DNA of 64,000 nucleotides, taken from the IMG/VR virus record IMGVR_UViG_3300035670_000127, positions 17,364-81,363 of that record; one strand, given 5' to 3'. Made by a program: the position numbers and the translations under genes. This stretch comes from a virus. Under the pieces are notes generated by a model. The model did no database searches. It saw only the letters and a program-made list of their open reading frames with translations, and was not told the origin of the DNA. Below are positions 45,979 to 55,586 of the stretch, piece after piece. How positions within the stretch are numbered: the stretch's first letter is position 1; each line of letters begins with the position of its first letter.

Positions 45979-47985
45979 TTAGTTGATTAAGTCTATACTG
46001 CATTGCCCTGATTTGCAATCTTCGGATTCGGCTGCAACCCGTCGGTCAAATTGTCTGTCTAAATTGGTGTTATCCCAATCAATCGACTTGATTAATTCCG
46101 AACGCCGTTGGTATTCGGCGGCTGTCACTGGGGTTTGTGGGAGGTACGACTTGTTATCAATACTATCATAATTTTCGTATTTAAGCATAAATGCAGTGCT
46201 CACGTAGTCATCCCAATTTCGATAAATCCAGTTGGCCATGCCGTCAAGCTCTGGTTCCGTAAAAGTGACGGTGCTACTTACGCTGGTGCCGGAGTAGTTT
46301 CTTATTAGCACTTGATAGCGATTAAGTTGGTCAAGTGCCGTCTCAGCGCACATGTCGATACCAGCCGCATTCGTCTGCCATTTGAAATCACCTTCCCAAT
46401 GAATTGGAAACCCAATGATTACTGAACCCTCTATGTGAGGATTGGGTCGCACTTCAAGGCCGTGCGATTCTAGTAACGGCACCACCGGATCCGAGCCTGC
46501 AAAATTAACATAGTTAATTAAGTGTTTTGCAATTGGATGGTGTGTACCCTCAGATGTCATAAATATACCTTTGCCGACGGTGCCATCTGGTTTAACTGTT
46601 GTGTACGTTGCGGAATGAGGTAAATCTAATTCGTCTGCCATGTCATTAGCACCCTGAATCACGGCCTGCCGCAAACCCCTTAATTCTTCAGGACGATGAT
46701 ATATGCCGCTTTGTACAATACCAGAGATACCTGCACCAATATGGTGGTCGCGTTCGTTATTCCGCGACCACCTTGGGTCTAAAATCCCATCGTCTAACTT
46801 GACGAGAGTTTGGCGGTAGGCAACCCTGGCCGCTAGGTAAGCCACGCGCCGTTGTTGTTGATAGGTGCCTATGTTGGCGTTAATCGTGACTTGGTTGCAA
46901 AGGCCAAAAAAATCTAATAATTGTTCGCCGCATGGATTAACACCCTTGCAATGTGTAAAGCGACGTTGCGCCGCCTCTAGGTTAATAAACCCAGGTTCGC
47001 TTCCTCCGCCTTCATAGATGAGTTGAAATAACTCACGAATGGTACTCAGGGACGGTCTGGAACTAAACAGTAACGAGTGATTCGCAATGTAACGATGGCT
47101 AGTCAAGGGATTATCATAATACCTGTCCTTGGAGTGGATAAAACCGTTTCGTTCCTCATGACCGTAAGGCAATTGCATCAAGGCCGCCGACCTGCGACTT
47201 GATAAAATGGTTGCGCTTAACCCCACCACATCTATAATATCTATCGCTGTTAAAGGTTTTTGTACGCGGTTGTTTAACAGCATGGCAATTTTCAGATAAG
47301 AGTCGGCAATTCTTTGGTCGCCACTCGTTTTCCACTGATACCCCGAAGTCTGTTGACCTGCACCCCGAATATTGGAAAAATCCAATACAAGCTCAGTGGC
47401 GCGGATTTCTACACCATTAAATTGATGTGTCAGGAGTATTCCAAAAGCCTCCGCCCATGCAACGGCACTGTCACCCACACTGATTGTCCACACGCCATTC
47501 TCTAAAGTTTGCGTGTTAAAGGTACGTCCCTTCTCTATACGGGTGGAACGAATCACACTGACTTTGGGGATGTAGTGGGAGAATCCAAAAATACCCCCAG
47601 TCCGCGGTTGCACAGAGACACCGCAACCTTGCAATAATAACCATAATGCGTTAACTGCATTGTCGGGCGTATGAACCTCTAATAGTGAGCAATTGAAGCT
47701 CGTCACCTCAACTTCCCGTGATTTAGCTGTCCCGCCTAGCCAATTCACACGCCCCGCCGAACTCCACATCCGTTGGGCTTTATAGTGGGTGTATTCGGCT
47801 ATCTCAGAACGCTCCTTTGCGTTAAGTTCTCGACCTAGTTGTCGTTGCCATAAGTAAGCGTCGTGCTCTGCTGTGCGGTTTAGCATATCCATATACGTTT
47901 CTTGCACACCATCGGGTTTCATTCGTAAATATTTTTGGCGTAAAATCGTTTCTGCGCGTGCCAGCATAGAAAAATTGTATTCCAT
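45979..47985 (-). CDS. nrdJ: class II (AdoCbl-dependent) ribonucleotide reductase, monomeric RTPR-like
   Basis: FNCS, SRRSA, EPGFIN, NPCGE, LCN, TTVKPDGT, YLPQ, C-terminal CKSGQC. Confidence 0.92.
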   Translation of the reverse strand: MEYNFSMLARAETILRQKYLRMKPDGVQETYMDMLNRTAEHDAYLWQRQLGRELNAKERSEIAEYTHYKAQRMWSSAGRVNWLGGTAKSREVEVTSFNCSLLEVHTPDNAVNALWLLLQGCGVSVQPRTGGIFGFSHYIPKVSVIRSTRIEKGRTFNTQTLENGVWTISVGDSAVAWAEAFGILLTHQFNGVEIRATELVLDFSNIRGAGQQTSGYQWKTSGDQRIADSYLKIAMLLNNRVQKPLTAIDIIDVVGLSATILSSRRSAALMQLPYGHEERNGFIHSKDRYYDNPLTSHRYIANHSLLFSSRPSLSTIRELFQLIYEGGGSEPGFINLEAAQRRFTHCKGVNPCGEQLLDFFGLCNQVTINANIGTYQQQRRVAYLAARVAYRQTLVKLDDGILDPRWSRNNERDHHIGAGISGIVQSGIYHRPEELRGLRQAVIQGANDMADELDLPHSATYTTVKPDGTVGKGIFMTSEGTHHPIAKHLINYVNFAGSDPVVPLLESHGLEVRPNPHIEGSVIIGFPIHWEGDFKWQTNAAGIDMCAETALDQLNRYQVLIRNYSGTSVSSTVTFTEPELDGMANWIYRNWDDYVSTAFMLKYENYDSIDNKSYLPQTPVTAAEYQRRSELIKSIDWDNTNLDRQFDRRVAAESEDCKSGQCSIDLIN

Positions 47986-48015
47986 TTTTAAATTCCCCTT
48001 ATAGTCTCGTTAATT

Positions 48016-48327
48016 CTAGTTATTCTCTTTTTGTGATTTACTACATTCTGATTCTAGCCAACTCAGTGCCGCTTCATAAACGGTAACCGGGTTAGCACCC
48101 TCTTTTATACGAACCTCTAAACCACGCACCAGTCGCCTTGCTAATTCCATTGGGTCAGGGTGGGAAATAAGGAGGTTTCGTATATACTTACTATTGCCAA
48201 AATCGTGCCCAAATAGGTTGGTTGTGTGGGCTTTGATGAGGTCAACACCGTCATCTGCAATCTCGTAATGACTGACAGGTCGAACGGTTCTGTCCTCTGC
48301 CAGTCGGCAATACTTTACTCGCTTCAT
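48016..48327 (-). CDS. hypothetical protein
   Basis: ORF translationally coupled in operon. Confidence 0.7.
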   Translation of the reverse strand: MKRVKYCRLAEDRTVRPVSHYEIADDGVDLIKAHTTNLFGHDFGNSKYIRNLLISHPDPMELARRLVRGLEVRIKEGANPVTVYEAALSWLESECSKSQKENN

Positions 48328-49763
48328 TTTGGGGTTGCCTCTCCTAATCTGTTTTCAGCACGGGCTAACTCACGGCCAACGTAAAGCGCATGGGATATAT
48401 CTGAAATAGCCTCGTCGCGTGCCAATTCTCGTTCTATCTCTTCACTTGTTGAACCGCGGTATTCTTTTATCACGGCCCCTTGATAGGTGTGTTGAACCAC
48501 TATTTGAGAGGTTGTCTTATCCACTGTCACCATCATGTTGCCATAGGGGTCGAGTTGTAATTCAACTCTCTTTTCTTTAGAGGCTACTCGACTGGCACGG
48601 TCAAGGCTGTCTTCACTGATACTAATTGAGTGGCTAAAGATGGTGATGGCACCCGGCTCCATGCCCGTCCCTTTGGCAACGTAATGAAGGATAGCTATGA
48701 GACCGTACATATTCTCTAACCACGCATCCATTGCGTTATGGGTTCTAAAGGAAGCGGTTAGGGTTAGTTTGCCTTCAAAGTATCTGAAAAAAAGCGAGAC
48801 TAGGCATGGGCAATGATGTCCCTCTGGCAAGTCTTTACTATTATCCCATAACGAGATATAAACATGACGCGATTCATTATCCTCTTGCAACCGTTTAATT
48901 GCAATAGCGAGTGAGTCCACTACTCGACCATGATAGCTAAAGTAACCACGAATGCGGTTGCCATAAGTGTACGGTTGGTCATTGGGAGAGGGGTCTAGGA
49001 TTTGATTCTGGTATTCTAGGAAGTGGGTAGTGGAGAAACCGTACTCCTCTAAATCACTCATGTCAATTGCCGTGTCAGTCACCGTCACCTTGACGTTTTG
49101 CAACTCGCGGCGACCTCCTTTCTTTAATCTCACCGCATGGCCAAAACGCATCAATCTAAATACCACTTCACGCCATGCCTTGATAGGGGTTGATTCCAGG
49201 ATACTATGATGCCGTGGGTCAGACGGATAACGTGTCACTTTAAGCCTTGAGAGTGGAATATTAACCCTATCTAGGTCGCCGTGGCATTCAGGGTTGGGTA
49301 ATTGTTGGAACGCTTCTTTTATCCTCTCTATTGATTCACTGAGTCGCCCCATTGGTAGGAGGTGTAATCCGTATTTGAAGTCGGCGGGTGTAACTAGGTT
49401 ATCAATCATGCGTTGGCTACCTTTGATACGGTATGCCGGGCTACCTAAATAGGTGACCTCCTCAATGCCCAGTTGAAAGAAATTTAGCAGGTCTTCGCGT
49501 GATCCAGAAAGGTTTTGACCCACGATTAAAAGATGGCGGATTTGAGGATTCCATAGCAGGTTTCTAAGTAATTCAGGTAGGCCGTTGCCATAAAGGTTGC
49601 CTATCGTTGCTATACGGGAGGTGTGAATGGATAAATCAATGCCCGCAGTCCAAAGCGACTTGACCATCTGTTTAATGGGGGTCCATAGAGTCACTATACC
49701 TACGTCCCCACTGGGATTTATCACTCTAATTTTGTCAGGGTAGTGTAGGGGTTCAAATTTCAT
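48324..49763 (-). CDS. MtrA-like/thymidylate synthase/DUF4346 fusion protein
   Basis: N-term GNLYG.GL..LLRNLL.NPQIRHL (MtrA-like); YTYGNRIR, SRH, PCL, FRTHN..AW.EN, SHSI (TS); C-term DPYG, HALYVGRELARAE. Confidence 0.85.
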   Translation of the reverse strand: MKFEPLHYPDKIRVINPSGDVGIVTLWTPIKQMVKSLWTAGIDLSIHTSRIATIGNLYGNGLPELLRNLLWNPQIRHLLIVGQNLSGSREDLLNFFQLGIEEVTYLGSPAYRIKGSQRMIDNLVTPADFKYGLHLLPMGRLSESIERIKEAFQQLPNPECHGDLDRVNIPLSRLKVTRYPSDPRHHSILESTPIKAWREVVFRLMRFGHAVRLKKGGRRELQNVKVTVTDTAIDMSDLEEYGFSTTHFLEYQNQILDPSPNDQPYTYGNRIRGYFSYHGRVVDSLAIAIKRLQEDNESRHVYISLWDNSKDLPEGHHCPCLVSLFFRYFEGKLTLTASFRTHNAMDAWLENMYGLIAILHYVAKGTGMEPGAITIFSHSISISEDSLDRASRVASKEKRVELQLDPYGNMMVTVDKTTSQIVVQHTYQGAVIKEYRGSTSEEIERELARDEAISDISHALYVGRELARAENRLGEATPK

Positions 49764-49787
49764 TCTTCAAATATCCTCTTAGATTAT

Positions 49788-50370
49788 GTGTATAGACTTG
49801 TGTAGTTTTGTATAGGCTGTATAGGGCCTGTCATCACAGCCCTATACACGGAAACCCGCACGGATAGGGGCTTGTATGGACTGTATGGGGTTAGCGGGCA
49901 TTTTTTTCACTTGCTTATATATTTGGGCAATGCTTTTTTTACATTTCAAAATAATATATGTGTGTATACACCCCTATACACCCTATACAGTCCATACAAG
50001 CCTTTATTCATGCGGGGTTCCACCGTCTAGGGGTCGATTAGCTAACTGCTTACAGTCTATACAGACTCCCTGAAAGGGTATTCTAACAAACCCTTTAAAC
50101 AAGCCACTCTTAGCTAAATCGCACACTTTGTAAGTAGGCTTGCGTAGAGTGTACGGGGTAGCCTTAAAGGCTTTTTGCAAAGTCTTACTCGAAACCTCAA
50201 AAAACCTAGATACCAAGCCACTCTCAGTGAGATTTACCAAACCCTCAAATATCCAAAAAACCGTTTGTATAGGGTTGGCCGAAAAGCTAGGCAGTAAGCC
50301 ACTCTCAGCCAATTTTGGATAAAACGCTAAAACAGCCCTACTTTAAACCTGTATAGGGTTAGTCTATACA
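49788..50370. repeat. Iteron-like locus C (second origin-like element)
   Basis: Same architecture as locus A: GGCTTGTATGGACTGTAT (49869-49886) / ATACAGTCCATACAAGCC (49985-50002) around an AT-rich core, plus further shared blocks. Confidence 0.78.
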
Positions 50371-50477
50371 GGTAAAAAATATGGTCATTGACCAATTGAC
50401 TTATTGGGTGAAGTATTGTACTCTATAATAATAGAGTCACGGCACTTGACATAACACCCTTTTAATCAGATAAAACT

Positions 50478-51632
50478 ATGAATTTAGAACTAACCAAAAA
50501 AGAGATTCTCCCACCTTTAAAAATAGTCGGCGGCGTGATAGAAACGAAACAAGTCATGTCTATTATGAGTCATTACCTCCTACGCACCGAGGGCGCCGTA
50601 TTGACTATCATAGGGGGTGACAATGAAGTTGAAATGCAACACACGATTCCAGTTGAAACTGGCAACGATTTTAGTGTCACCCTCCCCCGTAAGGTTTTAG
50701 ATGTAATTCGTTCGTTGCCAGACGGCAGTGATGTGTCTATCAAAAGCAAGGGTGATTCTGACTCTGGACAGGTCGTGGTTGCCTCCGGTAAAAGCCGCTT
50801 CACTTTAGCTACCCTCTCAGCCGAGGACTACCCTAACAGCCCTGACATACAGGCGTCTGCGCCTTCTAAAAAGAAAGGGAAGGATAAGGGAACGGTGACT
50901 CAATTTACCCTCCCACAAGCCGATTTAAAGACATACCTATCAAGGGTGGCATTTTGCATTGCCTCCAATGATGTGCGATACTATTTAATGGGTGTGAAAT
51001 TAGAACTGCACGACGACCAGCTATCCCTAGCCGCAACGGATGGCCATCGTCTCGCTGTTGCCAGTGCTGAATTGGAGACCAATAGCACGACGGGCGACAT
51101 AGATGTGATAGTCCCACGAAAGGCCGTTTTGGAACTGTTAAAGTTACTGGGCGACGAGGGTGAGGTAACGGCGCTATGTAGTCCTACTCATTGCAAATTC
51201 ATTATTCGTGATAACCTCACTCTCGTTAGCAAGTTGATTGATGGTAGCTACCCTGACTGGCAGAGCGTCATTCCCCAAAACGCGGGCATGTTAGTCGTAG
51301 CTGACACAGCTCAGTTAAAACAGGCAATTCAAAGGGTGATGTTGCTTTCCAATGAAAAGTACAAAGGAGTGCGACTGACGCTAGGTGAAAACCTCCTGAC
51401 TTTGAACGCTAGGAATCCTAACCAAGAGGAGGCCAGCGAGGAGTTAGAAGTGGTTTATACAGGCGACGCTTTAGAGATTGGGTTCAATGGGCAATACCTG
51501 TTAGAGGTGCTAAGTACCATCCCCACCGCGAAGACTCGACTGGCATTCACCGATTCAAATTCCAGCGTACTCATTACCCCACCCGACGAGCATCAGTTAA
51601 TGCAATGGATAGTGATGCCGATGCGATTATAG
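50478..51632 (+). CDS. dnaN: DNA polymerase III beta sliding clamp
   Basis: SRFTL, DVRYYLMG, ATDGHRL, IVPRKAV.EL, SKLIDG.YPD, IGFN, IVMPMRL. Confidence 0.97.
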   Translation: MNLELTKKEILPPLKIVGGVIETKQVMSIMSHYLLRTEGAVLTIIGGDNEVEMQHTIPVETGNDFSVTLPRKVLDVIRSLPDGSDVSIKSKGDSDSGQVVVASGKSRFTLATLSAEDYPNSPDIQASAPSKKKGKDKGTVTQFTLPQADLKTYLSRVAFCIASNDVRYYLMGVKLELHDDQLSLAATDGHRLAVASAELETNSTTGDIDVIVPRKAVLELLKLLGDEGEVTALCSPTHCKFIIRDNLTLVSKLIDGSYPDWQSVIPQNAGMLVVADTAQLKQAIQRVMLLSNEKYKGVRLTLGENLLTLNARNPNQEEASEELEVVYTGDALEIGFNGQYLLEVLSTIPTAKTRLAFTDSNSSVLITPPDEHQLMQWIVMPMRL

Positions 51633-51700
51633 CACTTGAAAACGGGCAGGGACGCCCTTAGCTTAAAACCACATAAAAAACGTAAAGTCTGTAAATTACT

Positions 51701-52066
51701 ATGAAAGAAAAGTTTAGTCACTCTAAAATTAAAGCCGCTATCAAGGGTAGCGGGGGTGTGAAGTTAAGAGTATGTAAGGCTATTAATATATCTCGTCCCC
51801 ACCTTGACCATTTATTAAAGAAATGGCCTGACTTGCAAGCCGCTATAGAAGCTGAAAAGGAGGATATGGTTGACATGTATGAATCAACACTACATACTAT
51901 TGCCATTAAAGAAAAGGACATAAAAGCTATTATGTTTTATTTACGCTACTCAAAAGCTGGCCGCAACCGTGGCTACGGCATTGAGTCCGAAACCCCTAAA
52001 GGAGGCAACGTTAACGCCATCCTAGAAGGATTAGCTAATAAAATTGAACAAGGTGGAGACGAATAA
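51701..52066 (+). CDS. terminase small subunit (putative)
   Basis: HTH N-terminus, AIMFYL..K...RGY; upstream of terL. Confidence 0.75.
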   Translation: MKEKFSHSKIKAAIKGSGGVKLRVCKAINISRPHLDHLLKKWPDLQAAIEAEKEDMVDMYESTLHTIAIKEKDIKAIMFYLRYSKAGRNRGYGIESETPKGGNVNAILEGLANKIEQGGDE

Positions 52067-52068
52067 TT

Positions 52069-52686
52069 ATGCCTTATAAACAAGATAAACGCAATGCCAA
52101 CCGCGGGACCGACCGCGGTCGTGACGAGTTAAGACAGTCCCTTAAACGTCTCGGTGCAGGCCGTTCGGTTCTAGTGGATAAGAATGGTGTTGCTATCGCA
52201 GGCAATAAAACTTTGGAAGCCGCCACTGAGCTTGGTTTAACTAAAACACTGGAAGTTGAGACCGATGGTAACACATTGGTCGTGGTGAAAAGAATTGACC
52301 TTGACTTAGAAACTGATATTAAGGCGAGAGAGATGGCTTTTGCAGACAACAAGATAGGTCAAGATAACCAAAACTGGGACCCGGAGATACTCAAAACTGA
52401 CTTGGCGTTATTAGACAGCGACTTCTTGAATGGGTTATGGAAAGAGGATGATTTATCCGTCCTTTCAGTTATCGGTGATGATATAGAGAAGTCAGGTACA
52501 TTAAGTCCTCAATGGGGTAAAATAGGTGATACAAATACAATCAAATGCTTGATTGGAGAGACTGAATTTAGAGTCTCTGAATCCTCCTACATGGCTTTTA
52601 TGGAATCAGTTGAAAGGTTTATGCCTGAGCTATCCCAAAAAAATTCAGCACAAAAGGTATTTGAGGATGCGTTTCGCGATAATTGA
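52069..52686 (+). CDS. ParB-like N-terminal domain protein
   Basis: NAN..SL.RLGAGRSVLVD, IAGNKT..AA, AFADNK, WD. Confidence 0.8.
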   Translation: MPYKQDKRNANRGTDRGRDELRQSLKRLGAGRSVLVDKNGVAIAGNKTLEAATELGLTKTLEVETDGNTLVVVKRIDLDLETDIKAREMAFADNKIGQDNQNWDPEILKTDLALLDSDFLNGLWKEDDLSVLSVIGDDIEKSGTLSPQWGKIGDTNTIKCLIGETEFRVSESSYMAFMESVERFMPELSQKNSAQKVFEDAFRDN

Positions 52687-53956
52687 TGTGACCGGTAAAG
52701 CCGACGATCCACGCTTTGATGGTATGGCAGTTAGATACCTAAAATACGAATTAGAACGACTAGGAGCCACCGTAGTTAACTTACCCCAATTAGCCGACAT
52801 AGTATTGCTATCCAGTGTAAGCGCGGCTCACTGGAAATCAGTACCCTCCCTCATTAAGAAAAACGGTATCCGACGCAATAGGCAAAAAATCATACTAGGA
52901 GGCCAATGTTCGACCTCTCCAAAATCTTTTGAGGATTATGTCGATATTATTTGTGTAGGGGAGGGTCGCAGGTTTATAGAGACATTAGTAAATGGCGGAT
53001 TTAATGAAGCCGCCAAATTACCTAACAGTTGGATAAAAGGGGAGGATAGAGAAGTTATACCAGACTATGACTTCCCTTACGATATTCCACCTATTAAGTG
53101 CCTTGACGGGCAGACGCGAATATTTGCATCAAGGGGTTGCAAAAAGAAATGCCTATTTTGTCAAATTGGCTGGGATAGAGAGTATACAGAAAACAGTCCA
53201 GAAAGAGTAGCATACTTAGAAAAACAACTTATCACTAACAGACATAAAATCAACTATGTAACCAATGATTTACCTAGCCTGAGCTTCTTTAATCAACTGA
53301 ATCATTACGAGCATTTTTCTGGGAGCTACTCTCACTTAAAAATAATGCTACAGGAAATCGGATTAAAATCCCTATATAGCAAAATGGGTGATAACCCTTC
53401 TATAAGGATAGGTGTAGAGGCAAGTAGCGAAAGACTAAGGAGGTTCATTGGTAAGCCAATAAAAACTAAAGATTTACTTGAAACAAGTTGCCTTTTGCTT
53501 AACTACGGTTTCAAGGTCAAGTGGTTTATGATTCTAGGGTTGCCTGGCGAAACAGACGATGATTTTATGGAGCTAAGAGAGTGCGTAAATTACGTTAAGC
53601 ATAATGTAACCAGAGGGTTATTAAGAATTAACTTTACGGCATTCCAACCCTTTCCGTCTACTCCTTTATGTATCCCTCCTTTAGAGGATTCATACCAAAC
53701 ACGGATTGATAGTTTTTATGATTGGTTTTTTGAAAAGAGCGGCTACACTTGCAGAGTGCAACTTTTAAGAGGCTGCAAGCCCGCCTCACGCCTAGAACAA
53801 GCCATGGGTATTATGAGTTGCACTGAAGAGGAATTACGTCGCGGCTGGTTATTTCATGACCCTCCTAATTGGAGAGTCAGGTATGCCTACCGCGATAAAA
53901 TCAGAATAGCCTATAACGCTTATGCCAAAAAGACTGGGTTGCCAGTCGGCAAATAA
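52667..53956 (+). CDS. B12-binding-type radical SAM protein
   Basis: IILGG, VGEG, SRGCKKKCLFC, IGVE..SERLR, MILGLPGET, F.P.PSTP. Confidence 0.88.
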   Translation: MRFAIIDVTGKADDPRFDGMAVRYLKYELERLGATVVNLPQLADIVLLSSVSAAHWKSVPSLIKKNGIRRNRQKIILGGQCSTSPKSFEDYVDIICVGEGRRFIETLVNGGFNEAAKLPNSWIKGEDREVIPDYDFPYDIPPIKCLDGQTRIFASRGCKKKCLFCQIGWDREYTENSPERVAYLEKQLITNRHKINYVTNDLPSLSFFNQLNHYEHFSGSYSHLKIMLQEIGLKSLYSKMGDNPSIRIGVEASSERLRRFIGKPIKTKDLLETSCLLLNYGFKVKWFMILGLPGETDDDFMELRECVNYVKHNVTRGLLRINFTAFQPFPSTPLCIPPLEDSYQTRIDSFYDWFFEKSGYTCRVQLLRGCKPASRLEQAMGIMSCTEEELRRGWLFHDPPNWRVRYAYRDKIRIAYNAYAKKTGLPVGK

Positions 53957-53959
53957 CTT

Positions 53960-55243
53960 ATGCCATGGAAAATCCCAGCCCGTAGCACCCTCCCACACCG
54001 CTCTATCCTAACCTCCGCTGACCCTGACGGGTCGCGGTTAAACCTTTGGGTAGGGTCGGTGCGTTCGGGCAAAACCATCACCTCCTTACTCGCCTTTCTG
54101 AAATGGCTAAACCATGCACCGCCGGGTCCACTCGCCATCACTGGCAACACGAGTGACACGATTAACCGTAATATCCTACTCCCCTTAATGGACTTTTTAG
54201 GAGGTGAGCCGCTCTGTGATTTTTCCGTGGGGAGACGAATAGGGAAGTTATTTAACCGCACGGTGCATATCGTATCCGGCAACGATGAGTCCAGTTACAA
54301 GCGATTGCAAGGGGCGACCTTCGCTGGCGCCTACTGCGACGAGGTGACAACCTATCCTAAATCATTCTGGCTAATGCTACTCAGTCGCCTGTCATTAAGA
54401 GGCGCGAGACTATTCGGCACGACCAACCCAGACGTGCCAACCCATTGGCTAAAGACTGAGTTTATAGATAACGAGGAGGTGGATAACAAACGGGTCTTTC
54501 AATTCAGTTTATACGACAATCCATTCCTAGACCCTGACTACATTCACTCCTTAGAAACTGAGTACACTGGGGTTTGGAAAAAGAGATACATAGAGGGGCT
54601 TTGGGTAGCTGGGAGTGGGGTGATTTACGATTGCTTTGGGGAGGCTAACATCATTGCAGATAGTAAGCAATACCTATCGCGTTGCCAACGGGTGTGGGCA
54701 GGCTGTGACTACGGTACCGTCAATCCCCTGGCGTTCGGTTTATTTGGACTGGACTATGACGGGCAAACGATATACCAGTTTGCAGAATATTACTACGATT
54801 CTAAACAAACTGGTATCCAAAAAAGTGATGACGATTACGTCGTGGCCATTCAAGAATTTTTAGAAGGGTTGGGGATGCAAGTGAGTACCCTTGACGGCAT
54901 GTACGTCGACCCCTCCGCCGCTTCTTTTATCCTAGCTTTACGGCAAGCCGATGTACCTGTCATTCCTGCCCATAACGCGGTATTAGATGGCATTCAACAC
55001 GTCTATACACTTCTCTCTAAAAAACAACTCCTTATTGATGTGGGGTGTGTCAACACCATCAAACAACTCTATAGTTATTCGTGGGATACTCGCGCATCCA
55101 ATCGTGGTAAAGAACAACCTCTTAAATCAGATGACCACGCGGTGGACTGCCTTCGCTATGCGCTTTGGTCAACTAAAATTAGAGAATCGGATTACACCGG
55201 CCTAGAAGGAATTGTCACCCGTCCCCGTACTAGGAGGGGTTAG
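53960..55243 (+). CDS. terL: terminase large subunit (PBSX family)
   Basis: GSVRSGKT, YCDEVT, TTNP, DNPFL, DYGTVNP, VDPSAA, DDHAVDCLRYA. Confidence 0.96.
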   Translation: MPWKIPARSTLPHRSILTSADPDGSRLNLWVGSVRSGKTITSLLAFLKWLNHAPPGPLAITGNTSDTINRNILLPLMDFLGGEPLCDFSVGRRIGKLFNRTVHIVSGNDESSYKRLQGATFAGAYCDEVTTYPKSFWLMLLSRLSLRGARLFGTTNPDVPTHWLKTEFIDNEEVDNKRVFQFSLYDNPFLDPDYIHSLETEYTGVWKKRYIEGLWVAGSGVIYDCFGEANIIADSKQYLSRCQRVWAGCDYGTVNPLAFGLFGLDYDGQTIYQFAEYYYDSKQTGIQKSDDDYVVAIQEFLEGLGMQVSTLDGMYVDPSAASFILALRQADVPVIPAHNAVLDGIQHVYTLLSKKQLLIDVGCVNTIKQLYSYSWDTRASNRGKEQPLKSDDHAVDCLRYALWSTKIRESDYTGLEGIVTRPRTRRG

Positions 55244-55415
55244 GGTCGCAGTGGAGGTGATAAAAAGTCGCCTCCACCTCCTTTGGCCTACCCTCTTTTT
55301 CCATCCCTTGAATTGCATACCGAATGAAGGGCGACTCGACCTCAATAATCGACCCGCAACCCTTGCATAACATCACGGTATCATTACGCTTTGAAAGCAT
55401 GTCTAGTTGAAACAT
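55230..55415 (-). CDS. small Zn-finger-like hypothetical protein
   Basis: CKGC...HLHC. Confidence 0.55.
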   Translation of the reverse strand: MFQLDMLSKRNDTVMLCKGCGSIIEVESPFIRYAIQGMEKEGRPKEVEATFYHLHCDPNPS

Positions 55416-55449
55416 ATACCTATCTCTAATCGTGGTTTTATATCACTAT

Positions 55450-55465
55450 TTCAAAATCAGTGCCA
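55450..55465 (-). promoter_or_regulatory. sigma54 (-24/-12)-like promoter
   Basis: TGGCACTGATTTTGAA upstream of ORF 55415. Confidence 0.6.
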
Positions 55466-55492
55466 CCTTATAATAATTATCTATTCCTTAAC

Positions 55493-55523
55493 AGTGTAAA
55501 GCGCAGTCCAAAAATTAGACACA
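55493..55523 (+). promoter_or_regulatory. candidate upstream activator sequence, copy 2
   Basis: AGTGTAAAGCGCAGTCCAAAAATTAGACACA, 29/31 identical to 20572-20602 (-). Confidence 0.7.
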
Positions 55524-55586
55524 GGAATGGATACTGACACACCACTACCATACCAAACCCCGCATGGCTAGTGATAAATTCCTGAG

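Noticed and set aside
49876-50322. ORFs inside iteron loci (also 32361-32822, 12508-12708)
   Set aside because: Translations of repetitive non-coding DNA with no RBS or recognisable motifs
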